Below are positions 12,331-25,995 of a DNA stretch of 64,000 bases, one piece after another. Each line of letters opens with the position of its first letter. Position 1 is the first letter of the stretch. Below the pieces are notes generated by a model that was given only the letters and a program-made list of their open reading frames with translations, did no database searches and was not told where the DNA came from. The translations under genes and the position numbers were made by a program. The DNA is from Octopus bimaculoides (lineage: Eukaryota), in the NCBI RefSeq assembly GCF_001194135.2, contig NC_068992.1, forward strand, positions 4,987,106 to 5,051,105, read 5' to 3'.

Positions 12331-13153
12331 GCGTATCATTTGACAATGGTAGTTTCCAATATGACCGACCTGATCTCCTTTTGCATGTAAGGCATGGAAG
12401 GCACGATAAAGGCGTTTCCCCTTTTCCCCTTCATCCTGGTACTTATTTGGAATGTATATCTGCTTCTAGATATAATGTTTGAAGCCGTCTCCATGTAGTT
12501 TGAATCGTTTCTGCTTTCCCATAGCGGGTCTGTATATGTCTTTACGGTGATAGCATTTGTTAAAACCTACGAATCCTGATGAAACAAACAAAACCTAACT
12601 CTAAACAACAAGTTTATCATTAGAGAGATAAAAGCTGAAAATCCAGAAGGGGTCGCATATTTAGCGTTACGGCCTCTGGACAGGTAATAATTCTTTCATA
12701 AATTGCAAAGCAATATATAATAAAAATTAAATAAATGATATGAAGAAAACTTGAAAACATAACGCAGCAGTGTTTGCTGACATTCATGAACTCAGTGACA
12801 TTCAAATTCAAGTCAATGCCAACTGAAATGTAAAGAAGGAAATAAACAAGGGTAATTAAGCATTACATTTAGAAAAAGAAAGCAGATATTTGATAATTTT
12901 CGGAGACTAGGAGGGAGAAATATCCAGTATGAAAAGAGAAATCCAACGAAAAATTACTGATCAATTATGTAAAAATATATTTTGATGCGGTTACGTAGAA
13001 AGATGTTCGTCTTTCAAACATCTTAATATATAAATGACAATAAGAACACTTCAAACGCGACCGAAAATCCCATACACTATGATTTCAAATCAGAACACTC
13101 TCATAAACACGAGATGTGGCAATCAAGTTTCAATGAATAGTCATTTCTACTAA

Positions 13154-13327
13154 AGGTGGGGATGCTGATTACATCGACTCCAGTGCTCAACTGCTAATTA
13201 TTTTATTAACCCCGAAAGGATAAAAGGTAAAGTCGAACCCGGAGGAATTTGAACTCAGAACAGGAAGGCAGACGAAATGCCGTTAAGCATTTCGCCGGCA
13301 TGCTAACGGTTCTACCAGTTCGCCGCC
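13154..13327 (-). mobile_element. tRNA-derived SINE family A
   Basis: Reverse complement of the 46583 copy: gattacatcgactccagtg..ccccgaaaggataaaagg..aagtcga..ggaatttgaactcagaac..gacgaaatgccgttaagcatttcgcc..gctaacggttctaccagttcgccgcc. Confidence 0.85.
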
Positions 13328-14166
13328 ATAACTTCGACGAATAATGACATGATCCCTAATTGGTAAATACAGTGATGGAAAAAGGGAAATAAATTAACTG
13401 AATAAGAGATAAAAGTAAATAGGGGACATAGAGTTTTATAAACAAGTATGTTGAATATTCAAAATGGAGTAGCATGAATAAGAAGGGTATGGAAAAATCA
13501 CACACGCACACCCTTCAGAAGACATGATACAAACAGTGGACGTTGGAATCAAGTCTTTCCTATCAATAAAGTACAAGAATCCCAGATAGAGATTTGGACA
13601 CAATAATACAAATCCTTTTTTTGGGGGAACCATTTTTAATTCATGTCCCAAACATGAACAAAATTGAACAATCTAAATAAGTTGATGAATCTATGTAGTA
13701 AAATTGTAAATTAATGAAAAGGTTTCTTCACCAAAATGAGATATATCTTAAATTGGCAGGTTTCGAAATGTCTCATCTACCTGCTTCAAATCTCATCGAA
13801 TCTGAAGCAAATATGGAAAGCATTAGTTGCAATCTGCGACTTATAGAACTTTACGGCAAGAGGAACAAAATTGATGACTCCTTTGTCAACAACAAAATAA
13901 AACAAAGAAAATCCAATTTAATCCCATACAGAGTGGTAAACATTGAGATACGTATATTGCTGCAGTATCTAAATTGCAAATCTGTTCACTGAAATGTCAA
14001 GAAAAGATTTGTAACGAAGAAACGAGACAACTCAAAAAAACTATCGAATGATTCTTCGATTATCTTGACAGAGTAGGGTAATAGTTATTATGACTATAGA
14101 TTATTTATAAAGATAAGATATTAGAACAACTAATAAAAACTACTATTAGCAAGAAACAAAATATCA

Positions 14167-14215
<49 letters not shown>

Positions 14216-15143
14216 TTTATGAAGAAACTCCGAGAATTGATTTTTCAATATTAAGTTCACTTCAAAGATGAATAAAATTACTAATTATTCAATTTCAATA
14301 ATTGCAGCAGTAATCTCCAACGGATTCTAGCCACGATTACCATTTCCACCAGAGCGTCTCAATCGATTTTAAGATCTATTTCTCAAAACCCTAATCTCAG
14401 ATTTCAGTAATGAAACCCCAGCAGTCTTCTGAGAAGGAACTATCGCAATAATTTTCGACCTACGTAATGTCTGTACTACTATATCACACATTCTAAGTCC
14501 TGTAAACAATCACTTTCTTTTCTGAATAAGGAGAAATGATAAAACGATAGGTGAACATCTCAAAATGAATTTGTGTACATTACGTACAACGGAATGAATT
14601 TCATGATATACAAGTCCAGAATATATTTACAGGGGGATATTATCAATTTGAATCTCAATAACATAAGTGTATCGTTAATTATAAAGTCAACGAGAATATT
14701 AATGGATACAATTAAAATTTTCACTAAGGACAAAACTGTTAGATCCAATGCCTAACTGTAATCAAAACCTGTCTAGACAAAGTGGCATCGCCATGTTGTT
14801 CGTTATTATTCCTCTTAGATAGGCATTGATTATATGGAAACTATTCCCTGAAGTGAAGGAAATAATTGTGACCTGAAGACTCATTATTTCTCCAAACTTT
14901 CAATGCAGTTTCTTCTAATGAATAATCCGTAACATTGTAATACGCCAATTACATAACTACTTTAATAGTTATGATAAAATAATTTATATGCAGTCAGCTG
15001 AGTCAGACTCAACAAATTAATGTTGTTTAGGCATTTAGTTACCCAGTGTGACTTGTTACTAATTAAAAAATGAAACACAGAAGTAAGCAATTTATCTAAC
15101 TCTATATTTTTTCTCTCCTTAAATTCATTCTATGAATATGTGA

Positions 15144-15183
<40 letters not shown>

Positions 15184-15336
15184 GAGAGAGAGAACGAAAG
15201 GGCTTGTTGCGTGGGGATCATGGTGTTACTCTGACGATCGCAGCACAAATACTTTATCACTATAAATAAATCATCTATGCAGGAGTGTAGGTTGTTCAGC
15301 AAGGATGTGCAAAACCATCCTCAAAAGACTACCAAA

Positions 15337-15465
<129 letters not shown>

Positions 15466-16107
15466 GCACTCGCTACATTATATGTGTGTTGTATATGTCT
15501 CTACCGGCTTATATTCAGTCCCTGAATTGGAACATAATTTTGTAATATCTAACAACTTCGTGTGCCCGTGCACAAGTAATTGCAGCGGAGAACAGGTAAC
15601 TTTGATATCATATACTTCTAGTCATCCTCAATCTCGACGGAGACAATTTATTATTTCATGATGCGCTGTTAGTGCAACGTTTTGAGGGGAAATATTAGCT
15701 GTGAAAATGAAAAATACATCATGAAACCTACATAAAAATATTTTTTGTCTCTTCCACTTCCCTGTCTAAACTACATTATTTCTGTGAATGTGACTTACGT
15801 ACATTCTGACACACAAGAATACAGTAATAAAACAGAATAAATGCTGGAACGATAAACATGTTATAATGATAGATATATGTCATAATATTAATTCAGTAGT
15901 CCGAGATGATGATCTATTAAATGAAAATGTCATGTAGGGGAAAATGTAACATTTTCCACTCGGTGAAGATCACAGTAAGCTACGTTTCAGATACCGTCAT
16001 AATTTGCTAATAATATTTTCATTGATTTTGGTTACGTTAAGGTATAAAATTCCAGAAAGTAGCTGACCCTATACCTAGTTTACATTAGCACACAAAAATA
16101 CACGCCA

Positions 16108-16144
<37 letters not shown>

Positions 16145-18663
16145 GATAGATATATAGATAGATAATTGTGTGATATTCCTAGATCCACAGGCGGATATAT
16201 ACATTGATTGAGAGATATACATACATGCACACACCCAGCACACACACATATATATATACTGAGGCATGTACGTATATATGTTTATATAACGTAATAAACT
16301 TACATATACATACACGTTTATGCACCTCATATGCAGACTGACATATCGGTCAATTTGCCGTGACAATCATTTGGTTTATTTAGGTAGTAAATATTATTAG
16401 CAATAATAGAGTAGTGCAGTCGAAGTTACACTGGAATGATAGATTGGTTTATAAATACATGTACCATCTTACACATACTATTCAAGAGATAGCCAAAAAC
16501 AGACACACGCACACAAAATAGCAGATGCCACGCATACATCCACAGAGAACTATAGATATACAAACACACGGTTCCATACACGCTACGGAGCAATTGAAAT
16601 ATGACAGACATTCTGCACATTTGGTATTATATAGTGTTAAGTTAGTTTCCTTTTATGAAGCGTTTACAATTTTACTCGCTGGATTTTCTGTAAGGCTCAA
16701 TGTGACAAGAGACATATTGATGAATAGAAATCTTTCCATTTCTACATGATGGCAGTATTTACACTCACGAAATTCAGAACGCAAGAAAGATTCAGCTGTC
16801 ATCTGACAAGTGAGTTGTTACATAGCAATTTCTCATTTGTATCATTAATACGAATGAATCCTACTGGTACACACACGCACAAATAGATAGATAGATAGAC
16901 AGACAGATAGATAGATATATACATGCATACATACATACACACATAGATAAATTGACTGATATAGATACATGCAAACCTACATATAATTATGTGTATATGT
17001 GCGTGTTTGGGATGTCTAATGCATGGAAAATGATAATAATTTGAGGAAATAGACAATTATAGAGCTAAGGAATGTCCATCAAACAGCTTCGTCACGAGAA
17101 ATATACTGATCTCAGAAATTCTGGACGTAAAGTCACTTAAATTTAATTAATAGTTCTGCGTCCCTCACTACACTTACTCTTGTTTTATAACTATTTACTG
17201 TTGAATAATTTTCGAGTCATTTAGGATATATTCATTACTTGATAATTCACGGAAAATTACAACAAATATTCGGCGTCAAATCTTTTCTTGAATATACATA
17301 TATATATGTAGGGGTTATCTGTAATGAAGGATAATGGTACACTACCTTTTGTTAAGAGTAAATATGTATTTTAATGATTTTGATATAGTAAAAACAGTTG
17401 CCAAAGTTTATTTCCATGTACTACATTCAATGAAAGAGTTTAGATACGGAAGCATTATTTGGTGAAATCACGTAATAGACAGAATTAAACTGGTAACCAT
17501 TTTACATACATTTGTAACAAGTGAGCGGAACCAGAAATGATTGGCATTGGTACTTTGTATGCGTATTTTGCAGCTCTATTAGTTATCCACCTTCAGTTTA
17601 TTATTCATAACATACGGTATGCTTTTACCTACTCCATACAAACTGGAATATTACAAATTTTCCTCGAGAAACTGAAGAAACTACGACAGGCCTATGCTTT
17701 TTGTGGCAGTTTTTAGTCGAGGTGCCTATATAGTACTCACAAAATATAATTTCTATATTTTTGACTGATGTTATTTATATCTGTATTCTTCGACTGCTGA
17801 TAAATTTAGTATAAAAAAATGAGACAATTGCGATAGCGAACGGTAATTTGCTTTAATGGACGCTATTTGAATGAGGTTCCTTATCAACTGGCGATAATCC
17901 GTGATTAACCAAGTAAATGAATATGTATTTGCGTTCTTTTAAATTATACCACTTACAAATATTTCGACTATATATGATCAAATTGTGAAATTAAATAAAA
18001 AATGGAAACAAGTTCTGATCCTTATATAGAACTTAAATGAATGCAGTATCAATAATAATTCATTTTAAGATATTCTTGCGATTCTACAGAAGGAAAATTG
18101 ACACATATGTTTAATGAGCGTGAAGGAATAAAACAAAAAAAGACTGCAAATACATTGCTAGTTATTTCATAGAGATGCACATGAGGGCGGACTTAGATGC
18201 AAGCACGCCAATGCAGACATATAAACACTAACAAAATATAAATGTATGAATGTGAGTACACTCATTCATACCCGTATGTCATGATCATCGAAATAATCAG
18301 CTAGAAGAAAAGAAAAAAATCCTAAAGTACAAGTATAAATATTAAAGACATATTAAAGTATTTCTCAAAACATACGACAGTAATTTAAAAGAGAAATCTA
18401 ATTAACAAAATATATAAAGATTCAAAATTATGAAAATATCAAATATAGTGTTCACTGTGATTGGTAAGAAGTAATAACATCTGAGGAAGTAATGATTTAT
18501 CAAAATCAAACGAGAGTATTAAAAGGTGACGAAAGAAATATGAGAAAATGTAAAGAAGAGTAGACGGTAAGAAGATGCAGGTGAAAAGTGAATTTGAATT
18601 GAAAATGATTGTCAAACGTTAATAATAATATATCAAACGTTCGTAGTTTATGCATAACAATGT

Positions 18664-19044
18664 GGAGGCGCAATGGCCAAGTGGTTTGGGGCAGCAGACA
18701 CGCGGTCGTAGGATCGCGGCTTCGAATCCCAGACCAAGCGTTGTGAGTGTTTATAAAGCGAAAATACCTAAAGCTCCACAAGGCACGGCTTGGGATGGTG
18801 ACGAACCCTACTGTACTCCTTCACTACAATTCTCCTCTCACTCTTTCTTCCTGTTTCTGTTGTACATGTATTTCGAATTGCCAGCCTTGTCACAATCTAT
18901 GTCACGCTGAATCTCCCTAAGAACAACATTAAGGGTACACATGTCTGTGGAGTGTTCAGCCACTTCCATCTTAATTTCACGAGCATGCGGTTCCGTTGAT
19001 CGCATCAACGAGAACCCTCGTCGTCGTGACCGATGGAGTGCCAC
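18664..19044 (+). mobile_element. tRNA-derived SINE family C (~380 bp)
   Basis: Pol III A box TGGCCAAGTGG and B box-like CTTCGAATCCC in a tRNA-like head, followed by ~300 bp of non-tRNA body ending ..ccctcgtcgtcgtgaccgatggagtgccac; no complete tRNA acceptor stem. Confidence 0.75.
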
Positions 19045-19435
19045 ACGTATGCATAATAATATTAATATTTGATTGAAAGTCCTGGACAAGAAAAAGGTAC
19101 ATAAACCTGCCTGAATACACATTCATTCGAAGGTATATTCTCACACATAGGTTGGAATTTGTGTGTGAGTGTGTGTATGTATGTAAGTATTTAAGTAAGT
19201 ATGTATACCTAAGCTAAGATATAGGTATGAATACACACACATACACACACGCAAGTCATCTTTCACTTTCTGTTTAACGAATACCTTCCTTCTGCATAAC
19301 AATATGCCAAAGCTCACACGCAGTAGGACTGAAACCAGTACCATGGGGTTTCAAAACAAAATTCTTACCATATATATATGTGTGTGTGTATGTGTGTGTG
19401 TGTGTGTGTGTGTATGTGTGTGTGCCTGCGTGTGC

Positions 19436-19487
<52 letters not shown>

Positions 19488-19504
19488 TTATTTATATGGG
19501 TATA

Positions 19505-19705
19505 TATAGTGAGAATTTACAAGAATGAACAGAAGACGAAGACGGGTGTGTAAACAACAAACAGTTGTATTAGATTAACGCTCGGGAAGTGAGAAAGTCT
19601 TTTAAGTTTCGAGTCTACGATCTACAACGGAAAGGAACACAGAAATAAACAGGGAGAGAAAAGAAAAAAAAAAGGTCTTGTGGCTAGCGATCTATCATGG
19701 CGAAT
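19505..19705 (-). mobile_element. Short repeat resembling a PLE terminal (pseudo-LTR) segment, flanked by TA-rich microsatellite
   Basis: The minus strand holds a decayed hammerhead-like layout (cttt-ccgttgt-agatcgtagactc-GAAA-ctt-aaaag). The segment is bounded by TA-rich tracts and lies 350 bp from a GIY-YIG fragment. The family call is inference. Confidence 0.4.
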
Positions 19706-20048
19706 ATATATGAATATGTATATATATATGTGTGAATGTTTGTATGTATATATGCATACAAATACGCGGTGCCCCAGTATAGCTGCAATGTTATGACTTC
19801 AACAAATAGAAGATAAAGAAAGCATATGTACGTGTAAAGACGTCTACACATGCATACATAGATACAAGCAAGCATGCATATATATTATATATGTGTGAGT
19901 TTGTGTGCGTTTGTGCATGTACGTATGTGTGCGTGCGCGCGTATGTGTGTTCGTTTATATATACATATATAGCCACACAATGACATAAATATATGTGTGT
20001 ATCACATACACACAAACACACGTATATATATATATATATATATATGTA

Positions 20049-20332
20049 TCCAAATGCAATGATAGCCGATGCGGCACATGCCGATCAATCCATACCGGCC
20101 CATATATGAACACAAAAACAGGGAAAATATTCACCAATGCGAACATGAACTGCAAAAGTAGAAATCTAATCTACTGCATCAAATGCCCTAATTGTGAAGA
20201 ATTGTACGTTGGCCAGACAGGTAATGCACTATCGGAACGCTCACGGGTACATCGACAACAGATTAAAAACCCAGAAGTCCGCCAAATACCACTGAGTAAC
20301 CATCTAGCAACATGTGGTCATCAAACTTTTAT
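20049..20332 (+). mobile_element. Penelope-like element GIY-YIG endonuclease fragment, open frame truncated by gap
   Basis: SKCNDSRCGTC..NCKSRNLIYCIKCPNCEELYVGQTGNALSER..VHRQQI..LSNH: IY..C..C...YVG.T..R..H GIY-YIG signature with an upstream C-x4-C-x2-C linker as in Neptune-type PLEs; no stops over ~94 codons. Confidence 0.9.
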
Positions 20333-21267
20333 NNNNNNNNNNNNNNNNNNNNNNNNNNNNNNNNNNNNNNNNNNNNNNNNNNNNNNNNNNNNNNNNNNNN
20401 NNNNNNNNNNNNNNNNNNNNNNNNNNNNNNNNNNNNNNNNNNNNNNNNNNNNNNNNNNNNNNNNNNNNNNNNNNNNNNNNNNNNNNNNNNNNNNNNNNNN
20501 NNNNNNNNNNNNNNNNNNNNNNNNNNNNNNNNNNNNNNNNNNNNNNNNNNNNNNNNNNNNNNNNNNNNNNNNNNNNNNNNNNNNNNNNNNNNNNNNNNNN
20601 NNNNNNNNNNNNNNNNNNNNNNNNNNNNNNNNNNNNNNNNNNNNNNNNNNNNNNNNNNNNNNNNNNNNNNNNNNNNNNNNNNNNNNNNNNNNNNNNNNNN
20701 NNNNNNNNNNNNNNNNNNNNNNNNNNNNNNNNNNNNNNNNNNNNNNNNNNNNNNNNNNNNNNNNNNNNNNNNNNNNNNNNNNNNNNNNNNNNNNNNNNNN
20801 NNNNNNNNNNNNNNNNNNNNNNNNNNNNNNNNNNNNNNNNNNNNNNNNNNNNNNNNNNNNNNNNNNNNNNNNNNNNNNNNNNNNNNNNNNNNNNNNNNNN
20901 NNNNNNNNNNNNNNNNNNNNNNNNNNNNNNNNNNNNNNNNNNNNNNNNNNNNNNNNNNNNNNNNNNNNNNNNNNNNNNNNNNNNNNNNNNNNNNNNNNNN
21001 NNNNNNNNNNNNNNNNNNNNNNNNNNNNNNNNNNNNNNNNNNNNNNNNNNNNNNNNNNNNNNNNNNNNNNNNNNNNNNNNNNNNNNNNNNNNNNNNNNNN
21101 NNNNNNNNNNNNNNNNNNNNNNNNNNNNNNNNNNNNNNNNNNNNNNNNNNNNNNNNNNNNNNNNNNNNNNNNNNNNNNNNNNNNNNNNNNNNNNNNNNNN
21201 NNNNNNNNNNNNNNNNNNNNNNNNNNNNNNNNNNNNNNNNNNNNNNNNNNNNNNNNNNNNNNNNNNN
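20333..21267. other. Assembly gap
   Basis: N characters. Confidence 1.
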
Positions 21268-21270
21268 ATA

Positions 21271-21303
<33 letters not shown>

Positions 21304-21657
21304 CTAAATAAATATATATACAGTGAATATATACAGACGAATCACGCGTAAATATGTGGGCAAGCCACGTGCCATAACTATTAACATTTTGTCTTGTAAT
21401 TCCTATGTGATGTGTTCTGTTAGTATTGAATATTGAAGTTCTCAATCAAGGTTAAGGTCTATAATATAATAAAATATATAGAAAATTAATTGAAAGCGTC
21501 GTTCTTGGAAATACATCATTTCCATACTCGGCTTTACATTTTGTTACGCTGCATAACTGAGATTTTAGTGCAATTTAATATAATTTATTTTTTTAGTAAT
21601 TTGTTAAACATTATGGAAATATATTTGCTTTGAGTAAGTATATATACATACTACATA

Positions 21658-21735
<78 letters not shown>

Positions 21736-22438
21736 ATCTGTGTACGTACCTGTGTGCGTTTGTGTGAGCGAGTGTGTGTATGTGTGTGTGTATGTATTTA
21801 TACACATGCCTAGACATATGCACACCCATGCATAAAAACACAATTGTATGTGTACAGTCTGATTAGAAAACAAAGAAGCGCCGAGGAGAGAGAGGGAGAG
21901 AACGAGAGGAATAAATGTCTTACGGGAAACTAAGTGAAAAAAATGAATGCCGCCTTCCACAAATAGAATTAACATTGACTGAATTGATAAAAACAATAAC
22001 AAAATAACAAAATAATCATCATAATCAACAGAATAAAAATCAATGAAATAAAATAGGACAAATTCCACTAAGCTAAATATAACTGACTGAATGGATAAAT
22101 GAGATATATTCACCAAGGAACAATATACAGACATCAATAATCATGTTAGATTGGTTAGGAGATCGAGCACAATAGCCGATTGATAATCCATACCATATCG
22201 CTGTACGGACCTTTAACTGAAGTGAAGTTTCCTATTATTACTTCGAAGAAATCAATAAAACAATTGTTTTAAATGAAGGTTTCAAAAGAGAAACGGCTGC
22301 TATACAAACATATATACATACATACATACATACAGACAGACAGAGAGACAGATAGATAGATTGCATACATACACAACAGACATATATATATATATAGTAC
22401 ACATACACAACACACTCACAGATGTATATATATTATAA

Positions 22439-22481
<43 letters not shown>

Positions 22482-22640
22482 ACACAAGCACACCCATTTA
22501 TATATACATAGAGTATTCGTCTGTACTTGTCTACACATACAGACATGTATATGTCTTTATATTCATATGCATACCCATATGTGTGTATATGTGTATGCAA
22601 ACATTTGTATTTGAGTATATTTATACCCGCACATTTATAG

Positions 22641-22671
<31 letters not shown>

Positions 22672-23149
22672 TATGTGTATATTAATACATAACGGGAAAT
22701 ACAATGTTAAATGATTTCTTCACCGATGAAACAAGTTCTTTCACTCAGGTAGACATGTTCTCTCACAAAACCAATACCTAAGAGGTATTTTACGTAATAT
22801 CCTGATGCCTAACATCCTGATGTCACTTGTAATTTAAAAAATTCCACTACTTAAGAAACCCTGCTAGCACACATTGGTGATCAAAATAATTCAAACTGTT
22901 CTATACGTTATATATCAATATTCCACTAGCGGGTAAAAAACCTATTGGGTGATTTCTAAAAACTTTATCCAAAACCCTGAAGGCGTAGCTTTGTGTTGTG
23001 TCTGTATCGAAAAATAGTCGCTCATCGGCTACTCATTGAAAAGTGAAAGAAATTGGAATACGATGTTTACTCTATATATACACTTTATATACTTTATGCA
23101 CAATTTTATAGAGGTAATACACAGCACTCATAAAATAAATATTCAGGTT

Positions 23150-23522
23150 ACCCAGCTCAGGACATGGTAAGGATTCTCTTTAATTTGGTTGGAGGCTAAC
23201 TTGGCACATTGTTCAATTAATAACATGGCTGGATAATCAATGTTCAGCCATATTTCTTCCGAATTAATGGTAATATTGGATGCATTGTGTCAAGTTGTAA
23301 GCATATAAAACATCAATCTATCTCTACAGTAATATACATAATTTTGAAGCTATTTCTCCTTATAATTCATGCTGAGCGTGAATTATAATACAGGTGTCGT
23401 GAACCCTTCAGCCTTTTACGCCCACACATTATTATTGTTCCTGTAAGTTGCTTTTATATGTACTACAGACTGTTCGAAACCTACTAACTTCAAACACTCA
23501 GATTCTTGGATCTTAGAATTGC

Positions 23523-23595
<73 letters not shown>

Positions 23596-24105
23596 TTTGA
23601 GTATACGCGAATCATATGCATTAAAATCTTCTCCAAGGCAATTTTCTAATTTCAAACATTTATTTCTGAGGTTAAACAATGTAGATGTCTCACTCAACCT
23701 ATTTTTAAATAGGGCCATGTTGTTTAACATCGAATTCATTGGGATGTTTGTGTTATACAAGGTTAAAATACTTGTTGTATTCAATATTGCCTCACTTTCT
23801 CAATAGCTGTCTTACCTTACCTGAATTGATTTCTGATGCTTCAGTGTTAAGAAAATATTGATAACGGCTATACCAGCATGCAAAAGTTAGTTCGTTTGCT
23901 AATCATATTCAAAGGTAGGGATCTTTGCGAAATCTTTTGAACTGATGCTGCGTTGATTGTTAATCCCTGCGGTTGAATTTTAGTGCATAAGCTTGGAAGA
24001 TAATGCTGTTAAAACAGCCAATTGTTGCTTGTCATGTTGAATTTACATTTCTAATGTCTCTTGTCGCATAAGCAACACGTTAATGAGATCTGCGGTGATT
24101 TCCAT
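23150..24105 (-). pseudogene. Decayed Ty3/gypsy gag-protease remnant interrupted by a dinucleotide microsatellite
   Basis: Stitched minus frames: MEITADLINVLL..KIPTFEYD..LTFACWYSRYQ..KVRQLLRK*GNIEYNKY..STLFNLRNKCLKLE..GEDFNAY..; then YITVEID..LQLDT-ASNITINSEEIW, an aspartic protease LQLDT(G/A)SDITI-like motif at about 23250-23300. Confidence 0.75.
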
Positions 24106-24499
24106 TTTTATTATGATCTACAAATAATGTTATAACGTAGGAACAAATTATGATATTCTGCTCAGACAATAATTTTATTAAATAAAGAAATATATTGCAA
24201 TAATTCAAAAGTGATAGTAAACTGTAATTCCAACTGTCCACGGTTTATATATAAGATTGTTTTAAAAAGAAGAGTCGAACATTAATAAAAGAATAAATAC
24301 ATGAAATGAGTCAATTTATAAAATATGTCACCTGATCGCGTCAATAAACTGTACTCTGGAATGAATAAATAAGAATAGGCGTAAGCATCAAGATAAACGA
24401 TGTGGGAGTAGGAAAACATCACATGACGGAATCGTGTCATATGATTGGATTTACTAAAATAAACAACTAATAAAGAATAGCTAAACATCGGTAAACATC

Positions 24500-24860
24500 T
24501 TTGCGATAATATGTTCTCCTTTCCTAGTTACTCGTTCGATAAGCATAGATAATTTGGGAGGAAACTCCCTTTGTATATACTCTGCTAGCTTTAAACCATG
24601 AAATCTCTTCGTTGGAGAGAAAGGAAGTATTTCTTCAAGACATTCTCACTCACCAGCGCGCTTCCCGATTGAGCTGGTTTAATAATGCAACACATGGGAT
24701 CCTTAGCAAAATTCTGTATATGATCCTTGATGGAAATAAAAGCACTTCTTGTCTATTTATTTCTGCTACCAGCCAAATCGATAGCGCTAGCTAACTTTTC
24801 AGCCTTAATGGTTGTGCTACTGTGTCTATAAAGGGAAATACCTCCAAGGTTATGTGAGAT
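24500..24860 (-). pseudogene. Decayed Penelope-like reverse transcriptase fragment
   Basis: IKAEKLASAIDL..SAFISIKDHIQNFAKDPMCCIIKPAQS..NEEISWFK resembles the PLE RT motif AFITLKDHKENF..NPKCRLINPAKSE..VI.WF. Confidence 0.65.
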
Positions 24861-25165
24861 ACTTCTCCTTAAATCTATATCATAAGTGTTTTTTTATCTG
24901 CTTTTTGTAGGTCTTTTGTTAAATTCAAACTTAAACGATGATATGTTACTTCCGTCTCAGCGTTTTTCATGAATCTTCCGCATTATAATATTAGGTGCAA
25001 TAGAAGATGCGAAAGTAATGGCAATTTTATGACCTGTTATATTCGATGATAATGAATATGCTACACTGCAATATAAATATAACGTATTTTGTAAACTATT
25101 ATCACCTGAGGAACTCATTTGTCGGTTAATTCTGCTCCTAAAAACAGGACAGAGTTTGCACTAAG

Positions 25166-25331
25166 CAGGAGGGGTGGGTGTGTGGTGACTTGCTTGCCTA
25201 CCAACCATATGGTCCCGGGTTCATTCCCATTGCGTGGCACCTTGGGCAAGGGTGTTCTACTATGGCCTCGGGCTGACCAAAGCCTTTTGAGTGGATTTGG
25301 TAGACTGAAACTGAAAGAATCCCGCCGTATA

Positions 25332-25403
<72 letters not shown>

Positions 25404-25425
25404 TGTGTGCGCGCGTGCGTGTGTG
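25166..25425 (+). mobile_element. SINE family B, 5' half ending in (TA)n(TG)n
   Basis: gtgtggtgacttgcttgcctaccaaccatatggtcccgggttcattcccattgcgtggcaccttgggcaag..ctgaaagaatcccgccgtat followed by microsatellite. Confidence 0.88.
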
Positions 25426-25774
25426 TGTGTATATTTCTACTTTGCAGTTAATCTAATTAAAACACATAGGCAACTGCAAATAAGTAAAACAAATCGTTTG
25501 TCATAGACGAGGAAATGAAATTTGGAAAGATGTAACAGCACTGAGGAAGTATTAAGAAGTATATATGATTTTAGAAATAGATCGAAGTATATAATATTTG
25601 AATCTGAGAAAGAAGTTTCTAAACATCTGCTTGAAAATATTCATGAATATACCTGCAAAATAATTTCTAAATATGCCAAGAATAGGCGTATATATTTCGT
25701 ATGAGTGTAGACAGACTAGATTTAAACAGGAGTTTATAACTGATCACGGTATCGCCGAAATTGTAGGCGTCAAA

Positions 25775-25995
25775 ATTGAACCGGCAGACTCGTTAGAACG
25801 TCGGAGAAAAGGCTTGACAGCATTTCGTTCGTTTTACGCTCGATGTTCTCCTTTCGCCAAGGTTGACGTGTGATTTGATCTTTTCGGGTTTGACAATGAT
25901 AAGTTCCAGTTAAGTATTGAGGTGGGCAGAATTGACTTACGCCCTCCACAGAAATTTGATGACTCTGGAGCAAAATTTGGAATCAATATTTGACA
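25775..25995 (+). mobile_element. Diverged SINE family A
   Basis: ccggcagactcgttagaacgtcgg..gcatttcgttcgttttacg..cgccaaggttgac..cttttcgggtttgacaa..taagttccagtt matches the family A layout. Confidence 0.7.

Noticed and set aside
13714-14850. Possible very old LINE RT (KNYRMILRLS; AIIFDLRNVCTTISH)
   Set aside because: Only short, weak motif resemblances across many stops; cannot be supported without an HMM search.
18664-18740. tRNA gene
   Set aside because: A and B boxes are present but there is no complementary acceptor stem, and it continues into a SINE-like body.
23620-23660. GEDFNAY as an AP-endonuclease GDFNA motif
   Set aside because: The flanking frames fit Ty3/gypsy gag (LFN.R.KCLKLE) with a downstream protease motif instead.
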